DNA of 64,000 nucleotides from an uncultured delta proteobacterium (GTDB taxonomy: Bacteria > Desulfobacterota > Syntrophobacteria > BM002). The position numbers and the translations under genes were made by a program. The notes below the pieces were generated by a model. The model was not told the origin of the DNA, did not search any database, and was given only the letters and a program-made list of their open reading frames with translations. The number at the start of each line of letters is the position of its first letter. Position 1 is the first letter of the stretch. The stretch is taken from assembly GCA_963712115.1 (NCBI GenBank), contig CAVQGX010000021.1, forward strand, positions 1-64,000, in the 5' to 3' direction. Positions 1 through 9,385 of the stretch are shown here, piece by piece.

Positions 1-122
1 GCCTGGAGAAGTGATAAGGCATAGAGCTAGGGCCAAGCGCATAGCGTAGAATTAAAAGGTCCTCCAACTGGATGGCCTTTTGTCTTTAGTGGACGACAAC
101 GTCATAATTTCCTCCCTCTCAA

Positions 123-214
123 AATCCCCCCAAAGCCCCCCTTTGACTAAGGGGGACTGCAGCAAACCGTGATGATAAAAGTCCCCCTTTTTTAAAGGGG
201 GATTTGGGGGATTC
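123..214. repeat. REP-like double hairpin (CCCCCTTT..AAGGGGG family) within an outer inverted repeat
   Basis: AATCCCCCCAAAGCCCCCCTTTGACTAAGGGGGAC ... GTCCCCCTTTTTTAAAGGGGGATTTGGGGGGATT; lies just after the stop of the 218..1594 gene. Confidence 0.75.
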
Positions 215-217
215 TTA

Positions 218-1594
218 CTAAAAATACAGCTTAAACTGCATGAAGTAAAAGTCGGGGAAGGTGCCGAATTCACTTCTGAGTTGCACCTGTCCAGAAGAAT
301 CTCTTGTGGGGCGGTCACCAAAATTAATGCTGGCTCCAACGAGCACTTCGGTGTTGTCGGAAGGCGACCAGGTCAATATGGGTTGAATCTGAGCAGATGG
401 GTCGTCCCACGAATATAATGCGGTGAATTGACCGATAATGATGGGTTCGAACTCATAGCTGATAAGAAAACCGGATACATTACGGCTCATTTGCAATATG
501 TTGCCGCTGGCGAAGCGGACCGAAGAAGCGTCCAGATCATTGGAGTCACCTGCGCCGTTATAGAAGTGCTCGATTTCAACCGTAAGGGTGTTTTCAAAGC
601 GATGACCAAAGCCAACCACGACGGCAAAACTGTCTTCAACCAGATCTCCCTCGAAAGGCAAAGGTAGCGGTTCGCTATCCCGAGCCCAGAAATAGGAAGC
701 CTCTGCCCGGGCTTCGATGGGCCCAATCTCACCCACCAAACCGGTCCCGAGTTGGTAGCCACCGTAGGTCTTGCCACCTTGGATTGCCAGGTCCCAGCCG
801 TGCAAGGTGGTAAAGGTCCTGCCAAGCAAGGCAGAACCATACCAAGATGCATTTAAAGTCCCATGGTCAACGTAGCCTCCAGAGGAGTCGAGTTCCCGGC
901 CCGCAACCCCAATCAGATTAATGCCGGTGAAAGAACCCAAAGGGATATCCATTCGCAATGCGTCCACTCCCGCCTTGTAGTCCCTATCAAACTGTCTGGG
1001 GTCGAAGGAAAGAAAAATGTCAAGGGGATTCCAAAAGTAGGCCTTGCCGAATGTTATGGGTTGGCGCCCCGCGATAATGTCGGCCTTGGCAAGAGTTGCT
1101 TTGAGGTTAAACCTGTCCAGCCACAAAGAGGCCGAACTCTTGCTACCATCGTACCAATCCCAGGTAGCGTCCAGAGCCCTGTAGCGAGTGTCCGTTCCAC
1201 TGGTGCCAAAAATTGAGGCCCCGGTTTCCCGTCGGGTGGTGGAGTAAGTATAAGACTGTACCCCGTGCACCTCGTAATGTAGTTGTTCGGTAGGCCGGCC
1301 TGCAGCTATAAGCCGCAAAACATTTTGGGAAGTCTGATCGTTGTTGCTATCGCCGAAAAAGGGCTCAAAGTCGTAGTTATCGATGAAGAGATTTGTGGTG
1401 CTCAGTCTGCCGTCCAGGCCGAAAGAGGACTCGGTGTCACCATATAAAGCCCAGCTCATATTAGGGTTGACAGCCAAGGCAGCACAAATCACCGCTGCGA
1501 CTAACGCTCGAAAAAGGTGGAGGACAAAGGGATGTGAGATGTGGGATGTGATATGTGGGATCTTTCCTATTGTCTCTGGTATCTCACATCTCAT
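218..1594 (-). CDS. Outer-membrane beta-barrel protein associated with the LolA-like/ABC export operon
   Basis: Signal-like segment ending SWA, GRQPITFG motif, C-terminal QFKLYF (terminal Phe); start uncertain because a heptamer repeat lies in the 5' end. Confidence 0.7.
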   Translation of the reverse strand: MRCEIPETIGKIPHITSHISHPFVLHLFRALVAAVICAALAVNPNMSWALYGDTESSFGLDGRLSTTNLFIDNYDFEPFFGDSNNDQTSQNVLRLIAAGRPTEQLHYEVHGVQSYTYSTTRRETGASIFGTSGTDTRYRALDATWDWYDGSKSSASLWLDRFNLKATLAKADIIAGRQPITFGKAYFWNPLDIFLSFDPRQFDRDYKAGVDALRMDIPLGSFTGINLIGVAGRELDSSGGYVDHGTLNASWYGSALLGRTFTTLHGWDLAIQGGKTYGGYQLGTGLVGEIGPIEARAEASYFWARDSEPLPLPFEGDLVEDSFAVVVGFGHRFENTLTVEIEHFYNGAGDSNDLDASSVRFASGNILQMSRNVSGFLISYEFEPIIIGQFTALYSWDDPSAQIQPILTWSPSDNTEVLVGASINFGDRPTRDSSGQVQLRSEFGTFPDFYFMQFKLYF

Positions 1595-1608
1595 ATCACA
1601 TATCCCAC
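1529..1608. repeat. Heptamer inverted-repeat element (GATGTGA/G ... TCTCACA)
   Basis: GGGATGTGAGATGTGGGATGTGATATGTGGGA, ~20-nt spacer, ATCTCACATCTCATATCACATATCCCAC. Confidence 0.8.
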
Positions 1609-1669
1609 GTCTGCCACTGGCATTTCCTTCTTGTTCTTCGTGGCGAAGCCACCCTGTGCCGACAAATTC

Positions 1670-2356
1670 TCAATGGGCTTCGTCATTGAAAATAACTCCG
1701 TCCCTGAGTTGCAAGAGTCGACGGGCACGCTTCATCACAGCTTCTTCATGGGTGGAGAAAAAGAAAGTCACCCCTTTTTCCTCGTTTAGGTTGCGCATGA
1801 GGTCCAATAAGGCCTTGCCGGTCTCAGAGTCAACATTAGCGGTGGGCTCGTCTGCCAAAACCAGAGCAGGCTCCGACACTATGGCGCGGGCAATGGCCAC
1901 CCGCTGCTGCTGCCCGCCGCTAAGCTGCCGAGGATAACGATTCTCCAAACCTTCCAGGCCCACCTCCTTGAGCACCTCCCTCACTCGCTTTCTCCGTTCA
2001 GCAGTTGGAATCCCTTGGAGCATGAGGACGTATTCGGCGTTCTCCAGGGCGGTGAGCACAGGAATTAGATTATAGCTCTGAAAGATGAAACCAATTCTCT
2101 CTCGACGCAACAGGCCGAGTTCAGTGTTGGACATGGCGTTGATTTCACGGCCATCAACTTCAACTCGACCCGAGGTAGGCCGGTCGAGACCGCCGATTAT
2201 ATTTAACAGAGTTGACTTGCCTGAACCTGAGGGACCGGCCATGGCGGTGAACTCTCCGGCTTCGACTATCAGATTAACTCCACGCAAAGCTTGGGTGAGA
2301 GCGTCTCCTTGCCCGTAGTTTTTGGTTACTTTTTGTAGGCTAACTATGTTCGCCAT
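1670..2356 (-). CDS. ABC transporter ATP-binding protein (LolD/MacB-like)
   Basis: Walker A GPSGSGKS, LSGGQQQRVAIARA, ADEPTANVD. Confidence 0.95.
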   Translation of the reverse strand: MANIVSLQKVTKNYGQGDALTQALRGVNLIVEAGEFTAMAGPSGSGKSTLLNIIGGLDRPTSGRVEVDGREINAMSNTELGLLRRERIGFIFQSYNLIPVLTALENAEYVLMLQGIPTAERRKRVREVLKEVGLEGLENRYPRQLSGGQQQRVAIARAIVSEPALVLADEPTANVDSETGKALLDLMRNLNEEKGVTFFFSTHEEAVMKRARRLLQLRDGVIFNDEAH

Positions 2357-2365
2357 GGTTTCCCC

Positions 2366-3592
2366 CTATCGCAACTGATCAACTATTGACAAACGGGTGG
2401 CGCGGTGCATTGGAATGAGACTTAAGATCAACGTAGCCGCAAAGACAAGCCCCGCCGTGCCCAAAAGCAGTCCTATGGTTACCCGGGCATGCATCTTGGT
2501 GCTCACGGCAAAGCCCGAAATGGTAAATCCCTCTTTAAGGAGAGACCTCAGATCTATACCCCACACTTGGACTGCCCAAGCCGCCAGTCCACCAACGAGT
2601 AGACCGAGGGCGCAGCCAATGAGCCCCAAATAGACTGACTCCATGAGAATCTGAAGCCTCAGTAGAAGGGGTTTTGTACCCAAGGCCAACAAAACCGCGA
2701 ACTCCCGCTGTCTTTCCAGCACAGACATAAGAATGGTGTTGAAGATGGTAAAGAGAATCAAGAAGACTAGGATTGCCTGGAAGATCAAGTTTGAGCCTTT
2801 GTCCAATTTTATGTAAGAGGCAATTTCCGGTATTACTTCCTGCCAGGGAAGGACGGCAATGTCTTGCTCAGCCACCATCAGCCGAGTCTCTTGCAAGACA
2901 GACTCCTGCGCCTGAGGAATTCTCAAGACCACACCGAGCTGAGTAGCCCCTTCCTCAGGAAGACCGAAAAGGCGCCGAGCAAAGTCGATAGGAGCCTGGA
3001 TGAAGTATCGGTCAATTTCTACCGAGCCGGTTTCAAAAATCCCCCTGACCCGGCAGAGTACGTCCACCAGATTACCGGCTGCATCGTTGGTGGTTATAAC
3101 CATCTTCTTGCCCACTCCCAGCTTCAACCGTTTGGCAAGCTCACTACCGATTACAACCCACGGACCATCATCGTCATCCAAGTATCTTCCCGCAACAATG
3201 TGGCGGACTAAAGGCGAGGTATCCAGTTCTACTGAGGGTTCTATCCCCATCAAAGTGGCGCTAACGTCGCCTGAACCGGATCGGGCTATGCCTTGGCCAA
3301 TGATGATCAGCTTAGTCCGTTCAACCTGGGGTAATCTTTCAATTTGGGACCGAAGAGATTCTGGGGCCTTGAGCCAAAGATCGACAGCAGGTCCATCGCG
3401 ATAGCTAGGGTTTTCCATGGTGATGTGACCAGCTTGCATTCGAACGACCTGGTCTATTAATTGGGCATAAACGCCCTCGCCAATGGCAATGAAGAAAATG
3501 GTGCAGGCCAGACCGAAACCAATGGAAATGATGGTGATCAGGGTCCGTCTTCGGTTACGCCATATGCTCCTCCAAGCCAAACGAGCGATCAT
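2366..3592 (-). CDS. ABC permease, FtsX/LolE-like
   Basis: AWRSIWRNRRRTLIT N-terminus, ERQREFAVLLALG motif; start moved to ATG 3592 (AAGGA upstream). Confidence 0.9.
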   Translation of the reverse strand: MIARLAWRSIWRNRRRTLITIISIGFGLACTIFFIAIGEGVYAQLIDQVVRMQAGHITMENPSYRDGPAVDLWLKAPESLRSQIERLPQVERTKLIIIGQGIARSGSGDVSATLMGIEPSVELDTSPLVRHIVAGRYLDDDDGPWVVIGSELAKRLKLGVGKKMVITTNDAAGNLVDVLCRVRGIFETGSVEIDRYFIQAPIDFARRLFGLPEEGATQLGVVLRIPQAQESVLQETRLMVAEQDIAVLPWQEVIPEIASYIKLDKGSNLIFQAILVFLILFTIFNTILMSVLERQREFAVLLALGTKPLLLRLQILMESVYLGLIGCALGLLVGGLAAWAVQVWGIDLRSLLKEGFTISGFAVSTKMHARVTIGLLLGTAGLVFAATLILSLIPMHRATRLSIVDQLR

Positions 3593-3658
3593 GGGGTTTT
3601 CCTTGTTATGTAGGGTATAGTCTAGGCAGCCACTCACTACAAATGTACGAAGTCAGGT

Positions 3659-3814
3659 AAATCCGAAATCCGAATATCTAAATCCTAAACAAGTACAAAT
3701 CTCAAATGTTCCAATGTTCAAAACAGATGTCCTAGTTCCCGATTTTCACGTTTTGAATTTTGTGCTTTGGTCATTTGATATTGTTTCGAATTTCGTGCTT
3801 AGAATTTCGAATTT
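3659..3814. repeat. Heptamer inverted-repeat element (AAATCCG/T ... CGAATTT family), copy 1
   Basis: AAATCCGAAATCCGAATATCTAAATCCTAAAC ... GTTTCGAATTTCGTGCTTAGAATTTCGAATTT; homologous to 30598-30754 and 33304-33499. Confidence 0.85.
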
Positions 3815-3898
3815 GACCGCACCTTACTTGAACCTCGGTCTTCGCGTCCGACTTCATCTCCTACGTATTTGTACCCAGAGGGCTCGGCACTTCAATGA

Positions 3899-5116
3899 TT
3901 AGGTGCGGTGAATCGCCCTCACTGGATCCAACCGGGCGGCCAAGGCCGCCGGGTAGAGGGAAGCGAACAAGCCAATGATCAGCATGAGCATCACCGGAAT
4001 AAAAACCATTTTGGGACTGATGGTCGCTCTCCAGATGGGATCAAAGGCTACTCCGCCCACCGAGTAGGTACCGGCGAAGATGCTAAGATCAAGACCGACT
4101 TCCTGCAGATAGTAAGAACCTGCCAAGCCCAAGATTGTTCCCAAAACGGTCCCCAAAGCAGCTAGCACCAGAGCCTCGGCGGCAACATCTCCAATGATCC
4201 GCCATGGTGTGGCCCCTAAGGCCTTGAGAATGCCAAATTCTCGGATTCGTTCATAAGTTGCCATGAGCATGGTGTTCATCACACCCATCCCAGCAGCCAA
4301 TAAAAAGATCAGGCCAAATATCCAAATAAAGGCATCAAAGAGATTGACCATATCCGAGACCTCGGGCATGAGTTGGCGCCAGCTCATTATCTCTTCTTCA
4401 GGGGCTGCAATCGAGAGCAGTTCTGTTAGTCCCTCGAGGGACACCGTTCCTCTGGAATTGAGGGCTACCTCATGAATCCGCCCTCCTGAAACAAAGAGTT
4501 CGTCAAAGTCTGCTGCATGGATGAGGGCAGCGTTGCGATCGATGCTGTCTCCGGCAGGCTTTAGGATACCCGTTACAGTAAAGAGATCGTTGCCTAGAGA
4601 ACCATCGGCAGCCTGAACCACAACCACGATCTCTGAGCCAATCTTGGCCTGTAGAGACCGAGCTAACTTCTGGCCCAAAACCACACCCCGCTGGCTGGTC
4701 TCTGATAGAAAGCGACCCTGGTCCAGACGTTGGGCAAGGTCAAAGGTGGTCCGCTCCAAAACCGGCTCCACCCCCCAAAAACGGGCCCCAGCAGATTTGG
4801 TTCCAAGCGCCACGAGTCCATAGCCGTAACGGCGGGGTGCGGCGGCGACGTTATTCTGTTTTGCAGCCCGCAAAATAAGGTCGGGCCGGTTCAAGGCCTT
4901 GTAGATTGAGTGGTCCCCTCGATAGCCCTGGGCGTGGACCTGGACCTCTCCCACCACGAGATTCGTGGCATTTGATACGGCGTGTTGCATGAGGCCGTCC
5001 ATGAGCCCATAGCTGGCTATGAGGATGGCAGTGCTCAAGGTCACTGCAGCCAGGGTGATACAGGTTCGCCTGGTATTTCGCCAGAGGTTTCGCCAGCCAT
5101 ATTGAAGAATATTCAC
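3899..5116 (-). CDS. ABC permease, FtsX/LolC-like
   Basis: WRNLWRNTRRT N-terminus, ERIREFGILKALG, YPAALAARLDPVRAI C-terminus. Confidence 0.92.
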   Translation of the reverse strand: MNILQYGWRNLWRNTRRTCITLAAVTLSTAILIASYGLMDGLMQHAVSNATNLVVGEVQVHAQGYRGDHSIYKALNRPDLILRAAKQNNVAAAPRRYGYGLVALGTKSAGARFWGVEPVLERTTFDLAQRLDQGRFLSETSQRGVVLGQKLARSLQAKIGSEIVVVVQAADGSLGNDLFTVTGILKPAGDSIDRNAALIHAADFDELFVSGGRIHEVALNSRGTVSLEGLTELLSIAAPEEEIMSWRQLMPEVSDMVNLFDAFIWIFGLIFLLAAGMGVMNTMLMATYERIREFGILKALGATPWRIIGDVAAEALVLAALGTVLGTILGLAGSYYLQEVGLDLSIFAGTYSVGGVAFDPIWRATISPKMVFIPVMLMLIIGLFASLYPAALAARLDPVRAIHRT

Positions 5117-5138
5117 CAGAGTTTCCTTCCAGAAACCG

Positions 5139-5921
5139 CTATCTTTGCAGAGTTCTCAAGGAGAAAAAGTCGTCTTTAAGGTCGATATCGTAGTCCATTT
5201 TTTTATAATGGATATTAGTAGATTCCTCTGGTTTTTCCTCTGGGACCATGGTCACCATAGCGGGAATCAGACGCCCACCCAGTTCTGAGACCTGAGAGAA
5301 AGTCATGGTCCGGGCCAGCCGCAGATCCTCATCGAAGTATTTGACAAATAGCGGTATATAGTCCTTCATTCGTGCTCTAACTAAAACCTTACCCCAGACC
5401 ACGGCCGCCTCCGGCTTGGGATGACAGGTGACCTCCACAATTTCCTCTCCCTCACCTTCGCCCATAAAGGTAATCTCGAAGGTGTAGTCATCAGCCATGC
5501 GGCTCTCCTTGACCAGGTCATCGTTGGTAAAATGTGAGCCCATCCAGGAGGCCGCCATCATGGATGAGGGCAGTTTAATTACCCTTTTTACCTTGGGCAG
5601 GTAGTTCCAGATGTCATTGCCCGAACGCAGGGTTGCTGTGCCCTTTTCCTTTTTGGGGGCAAGTATGCGCACAAGAGATTTGTCCTTACCCTTGCTCCAC
5701 ATTTCCAGGGATAAGGACCTCTTCCAGTGGGCGGTAGCCACGGTCATGGTTGCAAGGCCCTGGCTCGACTGGCTTCGAAAGAGATCGTCCACCTTATCCA
5801 GAATCTGTTTGGGGGTGAGGGGTTGCTCTTGAGCCCGGAGCGGAGAATGATTCAGTAGCAGAATGCAAACTGAAAAGGATAAAAATAGTGTTTTCAAGAA
5901 CATCTTGATTAAGGTCATCAT
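5139..5921 (-). CDS. Outer membrane lipoprotein-sorting protein (LolA-like)
   Basis: Signal peptide, WNYLPKVKRVIKL, SWMGSHFTNDDL, FFSLRTLQR. Confidence 0.88.
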   Translation of the reverse strand: MMTLIKMFLKTLFLSFSVCILLLNHSPLRAQEQPLTPKQILDKVDDLFRSQSSQGLATMTVATAHWKRSLSLEMWSKGKDKSLVRILAPKKEKGTATLRSGNDIWNYLPKVKRVIKLPSSMMAASWMGSHFTNDDLVKESRMADDYTFEITFMGEGEGEEIVEVTCHPKPEAAVVWGKVLVRARMKDYIPLFVKYFDEDLRLARTMTFSQVSELGGRLIPAMVTMVPEEKPEESTNIHYKKMDYDIDLKDDFFSLRTLQR

Positions 5922-5938
5922 CTCTCCGCTCTAAATTT

Positions 5939-6035
5939 CGTCATTCCGGAATCCGCCGAAGGCGGATATCCGGAATCCAGAAAGGCATCAAGTTCCTGGA
6001 TACCTGATCTCGACTCCGTCTCTTCCGGTATGACG
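5939..6035. repeat. REP-like palindrome (GTCATTCCG...GGAATCCAG family) with an inserted TCCGCCGAAGGCGGA hairpin
   Basis: CGTCATTCCGGAATCCGCCGAAGGCGGATATCCGGAATCCAG ... CTGGATAC ... CCGGTATGACG. Confidence 0.7.
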
Positions 6036-6069
6036 ATTCTTGAGATGTTTCAGCTTTTTTGGCACTCCT

Positions 6070-6690
6070 CTAAACAACCTGGGGTTTCGAAGCCAAACCG
6101 CTGATGACAACGGCCATAAATCTTCTTGAGGTGGTCAAGGGATCAAAACCCTCATCAAACCATGCTTGCAGGAGCAGGGCATCCCAGGTTCCTACCAAGG
6201 CAGCGGCGACGGACTCGGCATCTACTTCAGGCTGAAATTCGCCTGTCTCTATCCCATCCCTGATGAGAGCCGAAACGATCTGGCGAAAATCCCTGTAACC
6301 CTCCCTAAAGGCCTGTTTGAACCTCTGCCGCATTTTGGACGAGGCCGAGGCGGACCAGAACTCCATAACCAGTGAATACATATCCAGCATGTCAAGCCAA
6401 GATCCTAAAAGTGCATCGTTTAATGCCCTCAGTCGCTCTGAGGCAGATCCTCCCAAAGCAGAAATACTGACCTTGGCTTCTGCCTCAGTCATTTCAACGA
6501 ACCACTCGAATACAGCAAAGAAAAGGTCCTCTTTGCTGGGGAAATACTCATAAATTGTCCCCTTCCCTATTCCTGCTTCTGTGGCGATCTCAGCTATGAG
6601 AGTGGAGTTGTAGCCTCTATTGGCGAAGACCCTGGCCGCCGCCTCAATTATAAGTGACTTCTTATTTTGCTTGCGGGCTTTGTATTCCAT
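6070..6690 (-). CDS. TetR/AcrR family transcriptional regulator
   Basis: HTH IATEAGIGKGTIYEYFPSKEDL. Confidence 0.95.
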   Translation of the reverse strand: MEYKARKQNKKSLIIEAAARVFANRGYNSTLIAEIATEAGIGKGTIYEYFPSKEDLFFAVFEWFVEMTEAEAKVSISALGGSASERLRALNDALLGSWLDMLDMYSLVMEFWSASASSKMRQRFKQAFREGYRDFRQIVSALIRDGIETGEFQPEVDAESVAAALVGTWDALLLQAWFDEGFDPLTTSRRFMAVVISGLASKPQVV

Positions 6691-6708
6691 TCAGGCTGCT
6701 TTCCCCTT

Positions 6709-6726
6709 TGACCGACCAGTCGGTCA
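6709..6726. promoter_or_regulatory. TetR operator 1 (TGACCGAC-CA-GTCGGTCA)
   Basis: Perfect 8-2-8 palindrome 18 bp upstream of the TetR start. Confidence 0.85.
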
Positions 6727-6728
6727 GC

Positions 6729-6759
6729 AATATATACATAATAAAAATATAGTTGTCAA
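6729..6759 (-). promoter_or_regulatory. Sigma70-type promoter of the tetR-ABC operon
   Basis: TTGACA-N17-TATATA(TT) on the minus strand, between the two operators. Confidence 0.65.
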
Positions 6760-6772
6760 GTATGCACTAATA

Positions 6773-6790
6773 TGACCGACCAGTCGGTCA
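6773..6790. promoter_or_regulatory. TetR operator 2 (identical to operator 1)
   Basis: TGACCGACCAGTCGGTCA, 64 bp from operator 1. Confidence 0.85.
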
Positions 6791-6820
6791 AAATAGCCGC
6801 CATTGGTAATTCGCCGGCAG

Positions 6821-6866
6821 AAAAAAAAGGAGGTGTCCTAGACCGACGACCACGGGACGCGCCTCC
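6821..6866 (-). terminator. Intrinsic terminator-like hairpin followed by T8
   Basis: Minus strand GGAGGCGCGTCC...GGACACCTCC TTTTTTTT. Confidence 0.5.
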
Positions 6867-7024
6867 AACTTCTCTCTGAGATGTCCGGAGAATGGCAATT
6901 TCCTGGGGGGACCATGAGTCCAAGGGTGGACTTTTTTGGTGCGGACCGTTATAGTAGAAATCCAAGCACTAATTTCAAAGTCCGTGCTGCGGGCTTGCAG
7001 CCGGACATTTTTTTTAAGGAGAAG

Positions 7025-7540
7025 ATGCTAATGAAGATTCAAGATGACGTCTACGTGGCCATCGACTACACCCTCACCCTTGACTCTGAAGAGGTGGTGG
7101 ATTGTTCCGAACCGGGCAAGCCCTTTGGTTTTATATTTGGCGGCGGCCAGGTCATAATGGGGCTAGAAAAGGGACTGGAAGGGATGGAGCAAGGCCAGAG
7201 TGTCAAGTTCACAGTTGAGCCTGAGGAGGGTTACGGCCAACCCAGACAGGAGCTTTTCCGTGAACTTCCACGGGAGCACTTTCCCGGTGATCTGGACCTT
7301 GCGCCCAACATGATATTTGAGGGCAGCGGGCCGCAAGGAACTTTCAGGTTCAGAGTGGAGTCAGTGAGCGACGATGTGGTGGTAGCCGACCTGAATCACC
7401 CCCTGGCCGGGCAACGTCTGCATTTCGAGGTTGAAGTGGTCGAGGTTCGAGAAGCTCGGGCTGAAGAGTTGGAAGCGCTAAAAGACCACGCCGGCTGCGC
7501 TCCCGAAAGCTGTGCCTGCTGCGATACCACTTGCGACTGA
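7025..7540 (+). CDS. slyD: FKBP-type peptidyl-prolyl isomerase SlyD with a Cys-rich tail
   Basis: GLEKGLEGM, VEPEEGYG, DLNHPLAGQRLHFEVEV; tail HAGCAPESCACCDTTCD; AAGGAG RBS before ATG 7025. Confidence 0.9.
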   Translation: MLMKIQDDVYVAIDYTLTLDSEEVVDCSEPGKPFGFIFGGGQVIMGLEKGLEGMEQGQSVKFTVEPEEGYGQPRQELFRELPREHFPGDLDLAPNMIFEGSGPQGTFRFRVESVSDDVVVADLNHPLAGQRLHFEVEVVEVREARAEELEALKDHAGCAPESCACCDTTCD

Positions 7541-7618
7541 TCTGAGCCAAAGATAACATGGCGGCAGACTCAGAGTAGATCAATCCTCAACTTAACGTCT
7601 TAGGGAACCCAGTATTTT

Positions 7619-7647
7619 AAGCCCTTCATGAACGAAGGGCTTTTTTG
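7619..7647 (+). terminator. Rho-independent terminator
   Basis: AAGCCCTTC-ATGAAC-GAAGGGCTTTTTTG. Confidence 0.8.
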
Positions 7648-7808
7648 TGTTGCCTATCCGTTGCACCATTTGCTCGAAATGTATGGCAGTCACAATACCA
7701 AACTGCAGTTGTTATAAAAACCTTATTGACGCAAACCAAGATGGCCGCATAATGTGTTGATGATCCCTTTACCAGAAACTGAATATGAGAAGCTCAGGGT
7801 AAAAAGCG

Positions 7809-8447
7809 ATGAATCCGTTTGAAGACTTAACCGAAGCTGTAATCAAGGGCGACATGCAGACGGCGGTTGCAGAAATAGGGCGTGCTCTGGATGGTGGCGG
7901 GGATGTTAAGGAGGTTCTTGAAGAGGGACTCTTTGCTGCCATGGACGAGGTTGGCCAGAGGTATTCCAAGGGACTGATGTTTGTTCCTGAGATGTTGCAA
8001 TCCGCCCGGGCCATGCAGGAGTGTATGGAATTACTTAGGCCGTTGTTTCAAAAAGGAGACCTCTCCTCCAAGGGAAAGGTGATCATTGGAACGGTCAGGC
8101 AGGATATACATAACATAGGCAAGAACCTTGTTGTCATGATGATGGAGGGAGGGGGCTTCGCGGTGACTGACTTGGGAGTGGACGTATCTCCAAAAAAATT
8201 TGTTCAGAAGGCTCAAGAATTAGAGGTAGATATTGTTGCCATGTCGGCTTTGCTTTCAACCACCATGGTTGCCATGAAAGAAACCATAGAAGCTCTCGAG
8301 GAAGCAGGTATTAGAGACAGGGTAAAGGTTATGATTGGTGGAGCACCAGTAACCGAGCAATACGCCCACCAAATAGGGGCGGACTCCTATGCCCCCGATG
8401 CAGGCTCTGCAGTGATGGAAGCCAAAAAGTTACTTTCCGTCTCTTGA
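7809..8447 (+). CDS. Corrinoid (B12-binding) methyl-carrier protein
   Basis: Cap domain FVPEML, DxHxxG motif QDIHNIGKN, SALLSTT, GGAP. Confidence 0.92.
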   Translation: MNPFEDLTEAVIKGDMQTAVAEIGRALDGGGDVKEVLEEGLFAAMDEVGQRYSKGLMFVPEMLQSARAMQECMELLRPLFQKGDLSSKGKVIIGTVRQDIHNIGKNLVVMMMEGGGFAVTDLGVDVSPKKFVQKAQELEVDIVAMSALLSTTMVAMKETIEALEEAGIRDRVKVMIGGAPVTEQYAHQIGADSYAPDAGSAVMEAKKLLSVS

Positions 8448-8512
8448 GGATCTGCGCGATCAAAATCTTCACGGCGGCAGCAGATAGTTGGTGAAATATC
8501 CAGCTTGAATGC

Positions 8513-9307
8513 TCACTGTCGAAAGGCTTGCAAGTAGCTGAGGCAGTGCTCGTCCTTTCCCGCCAATAATTCCGCCGTTTTCACTGCGGCCGCCATTTCT
8601 TCATGCAATATGTCAACAATGGCTGCATCGAGACCTGCGTAGGCAGCCATATGTAGGAAGCCCGCATTCAATCTGGCTCGCCCGGGCAAGCCAAAGGATA
8701 TGTTCGAGATACCCAAAACCGTCCTGCAGCCTGGGAATTCTTTCTTGATCTCGGTTAGGGCGGCCAGGGCTGTCAATCCCTGTTTAACATCTGTACTGAT
8801 GGGCATAACCAGAAGATCAAAGAAGACGTTTTCAATCGGGACTCCGTATCTCTTGCAGGCCTCCACAATTTTTTCGCCGGCCCTAATCCGATCTTTGACA
8901 CTCTCAGGTATGCCTGACGCATCCATGGTTAGAGCCACAAGAGGAGTGTTATATTCTTTTGCCAAAGGGAGCACCTCTTCCAAACTCTTTCGCTCTGCCT
9001 TAGTGGAATTAAGCATGGCAGGTTTGCCTCTGCGGCTTTTCACTCCTGCTGCCAAGACAGCTGGGTTGCTACTGTCTATGCAGAGCGGTGTTTCGAGCTC
9101 ACCCTGAATGGTCTCTACCGCCCATTTCATCGCTTGAATCTCATCTTCAGGCGAACCGACACCAGTGGACACATTGACGTCGATATAGCTGGCTCCGGCG
9201 TCAGCCTGCCCTCTCGCCAAACCCAGGAGACCCTGAGCGTTACGATTAAGGATTATGTCCTTGACGGATGGGATCGTACCGTTGATCCTCTCAGCGATGA
9301 TGATCAT
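8513..9307 (-). CDS. Methyltetrahydrofolate:corrinoid methyltransferase (AcsE-like pterin-binding protein)
   Basis: IIIAERING, YIDVN, LCIDSSNP, GISNISFGLP. Confidence 0.9.
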   Translation of the reverse strand: MIIIAERINGTIPSVKDIILNRNAQGLLGLARGQADAGASYIDVNVSTGVGSPEDEIQAMKWAVETIQGELETPLCIDSSNPAVLAAGVKSRRGKPAMLNSTKAERKSLEEVLPLAKEYNTPLVALTMDASGIPESVKDRIRAGEKIVEACKRYGVPIENVFFDLLVMPISTDVKQGLTALAALTEIKKEFPGCRTVLGISNISFGLPGRARLNAGFLHMAAYAGLDAAIVDILHEEMAAAVKTAELLAGKDEHCLSYLQAFRQ

Positions 9308-9385
9308 GACCGGTTATCTCCTTGACTCAGTTCCAATCTATGACTTACTAAAACGCCGCCGGGGAGGCAGCTTAAGGACCGCTAG

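Noticed and set aside
6826-6858. Minus-strand resemblance to the 5' half of tRNA-Glu (GTCCCGT...CGGTCTAGGACACCTCC)
   Set aside because: No complete anticodon arm, T-arm (GTTCGA) or acceptor 3' strand; better explained as a terminator hairpin.
7538-7603. Selenocysteine read-through of the slyD UGA after the Cys-rich tail
   Set aside because: The downstream peptide is not recognisable and there is no convincing SECIS hairpin.
7650-7808. Cobalamin or SAM riboswitch upstream of the corrinoid gene
   Set aside because: No B12-box or SAM-I core visible, and the leader after the TTGACG..CATAAT promoter is too short.
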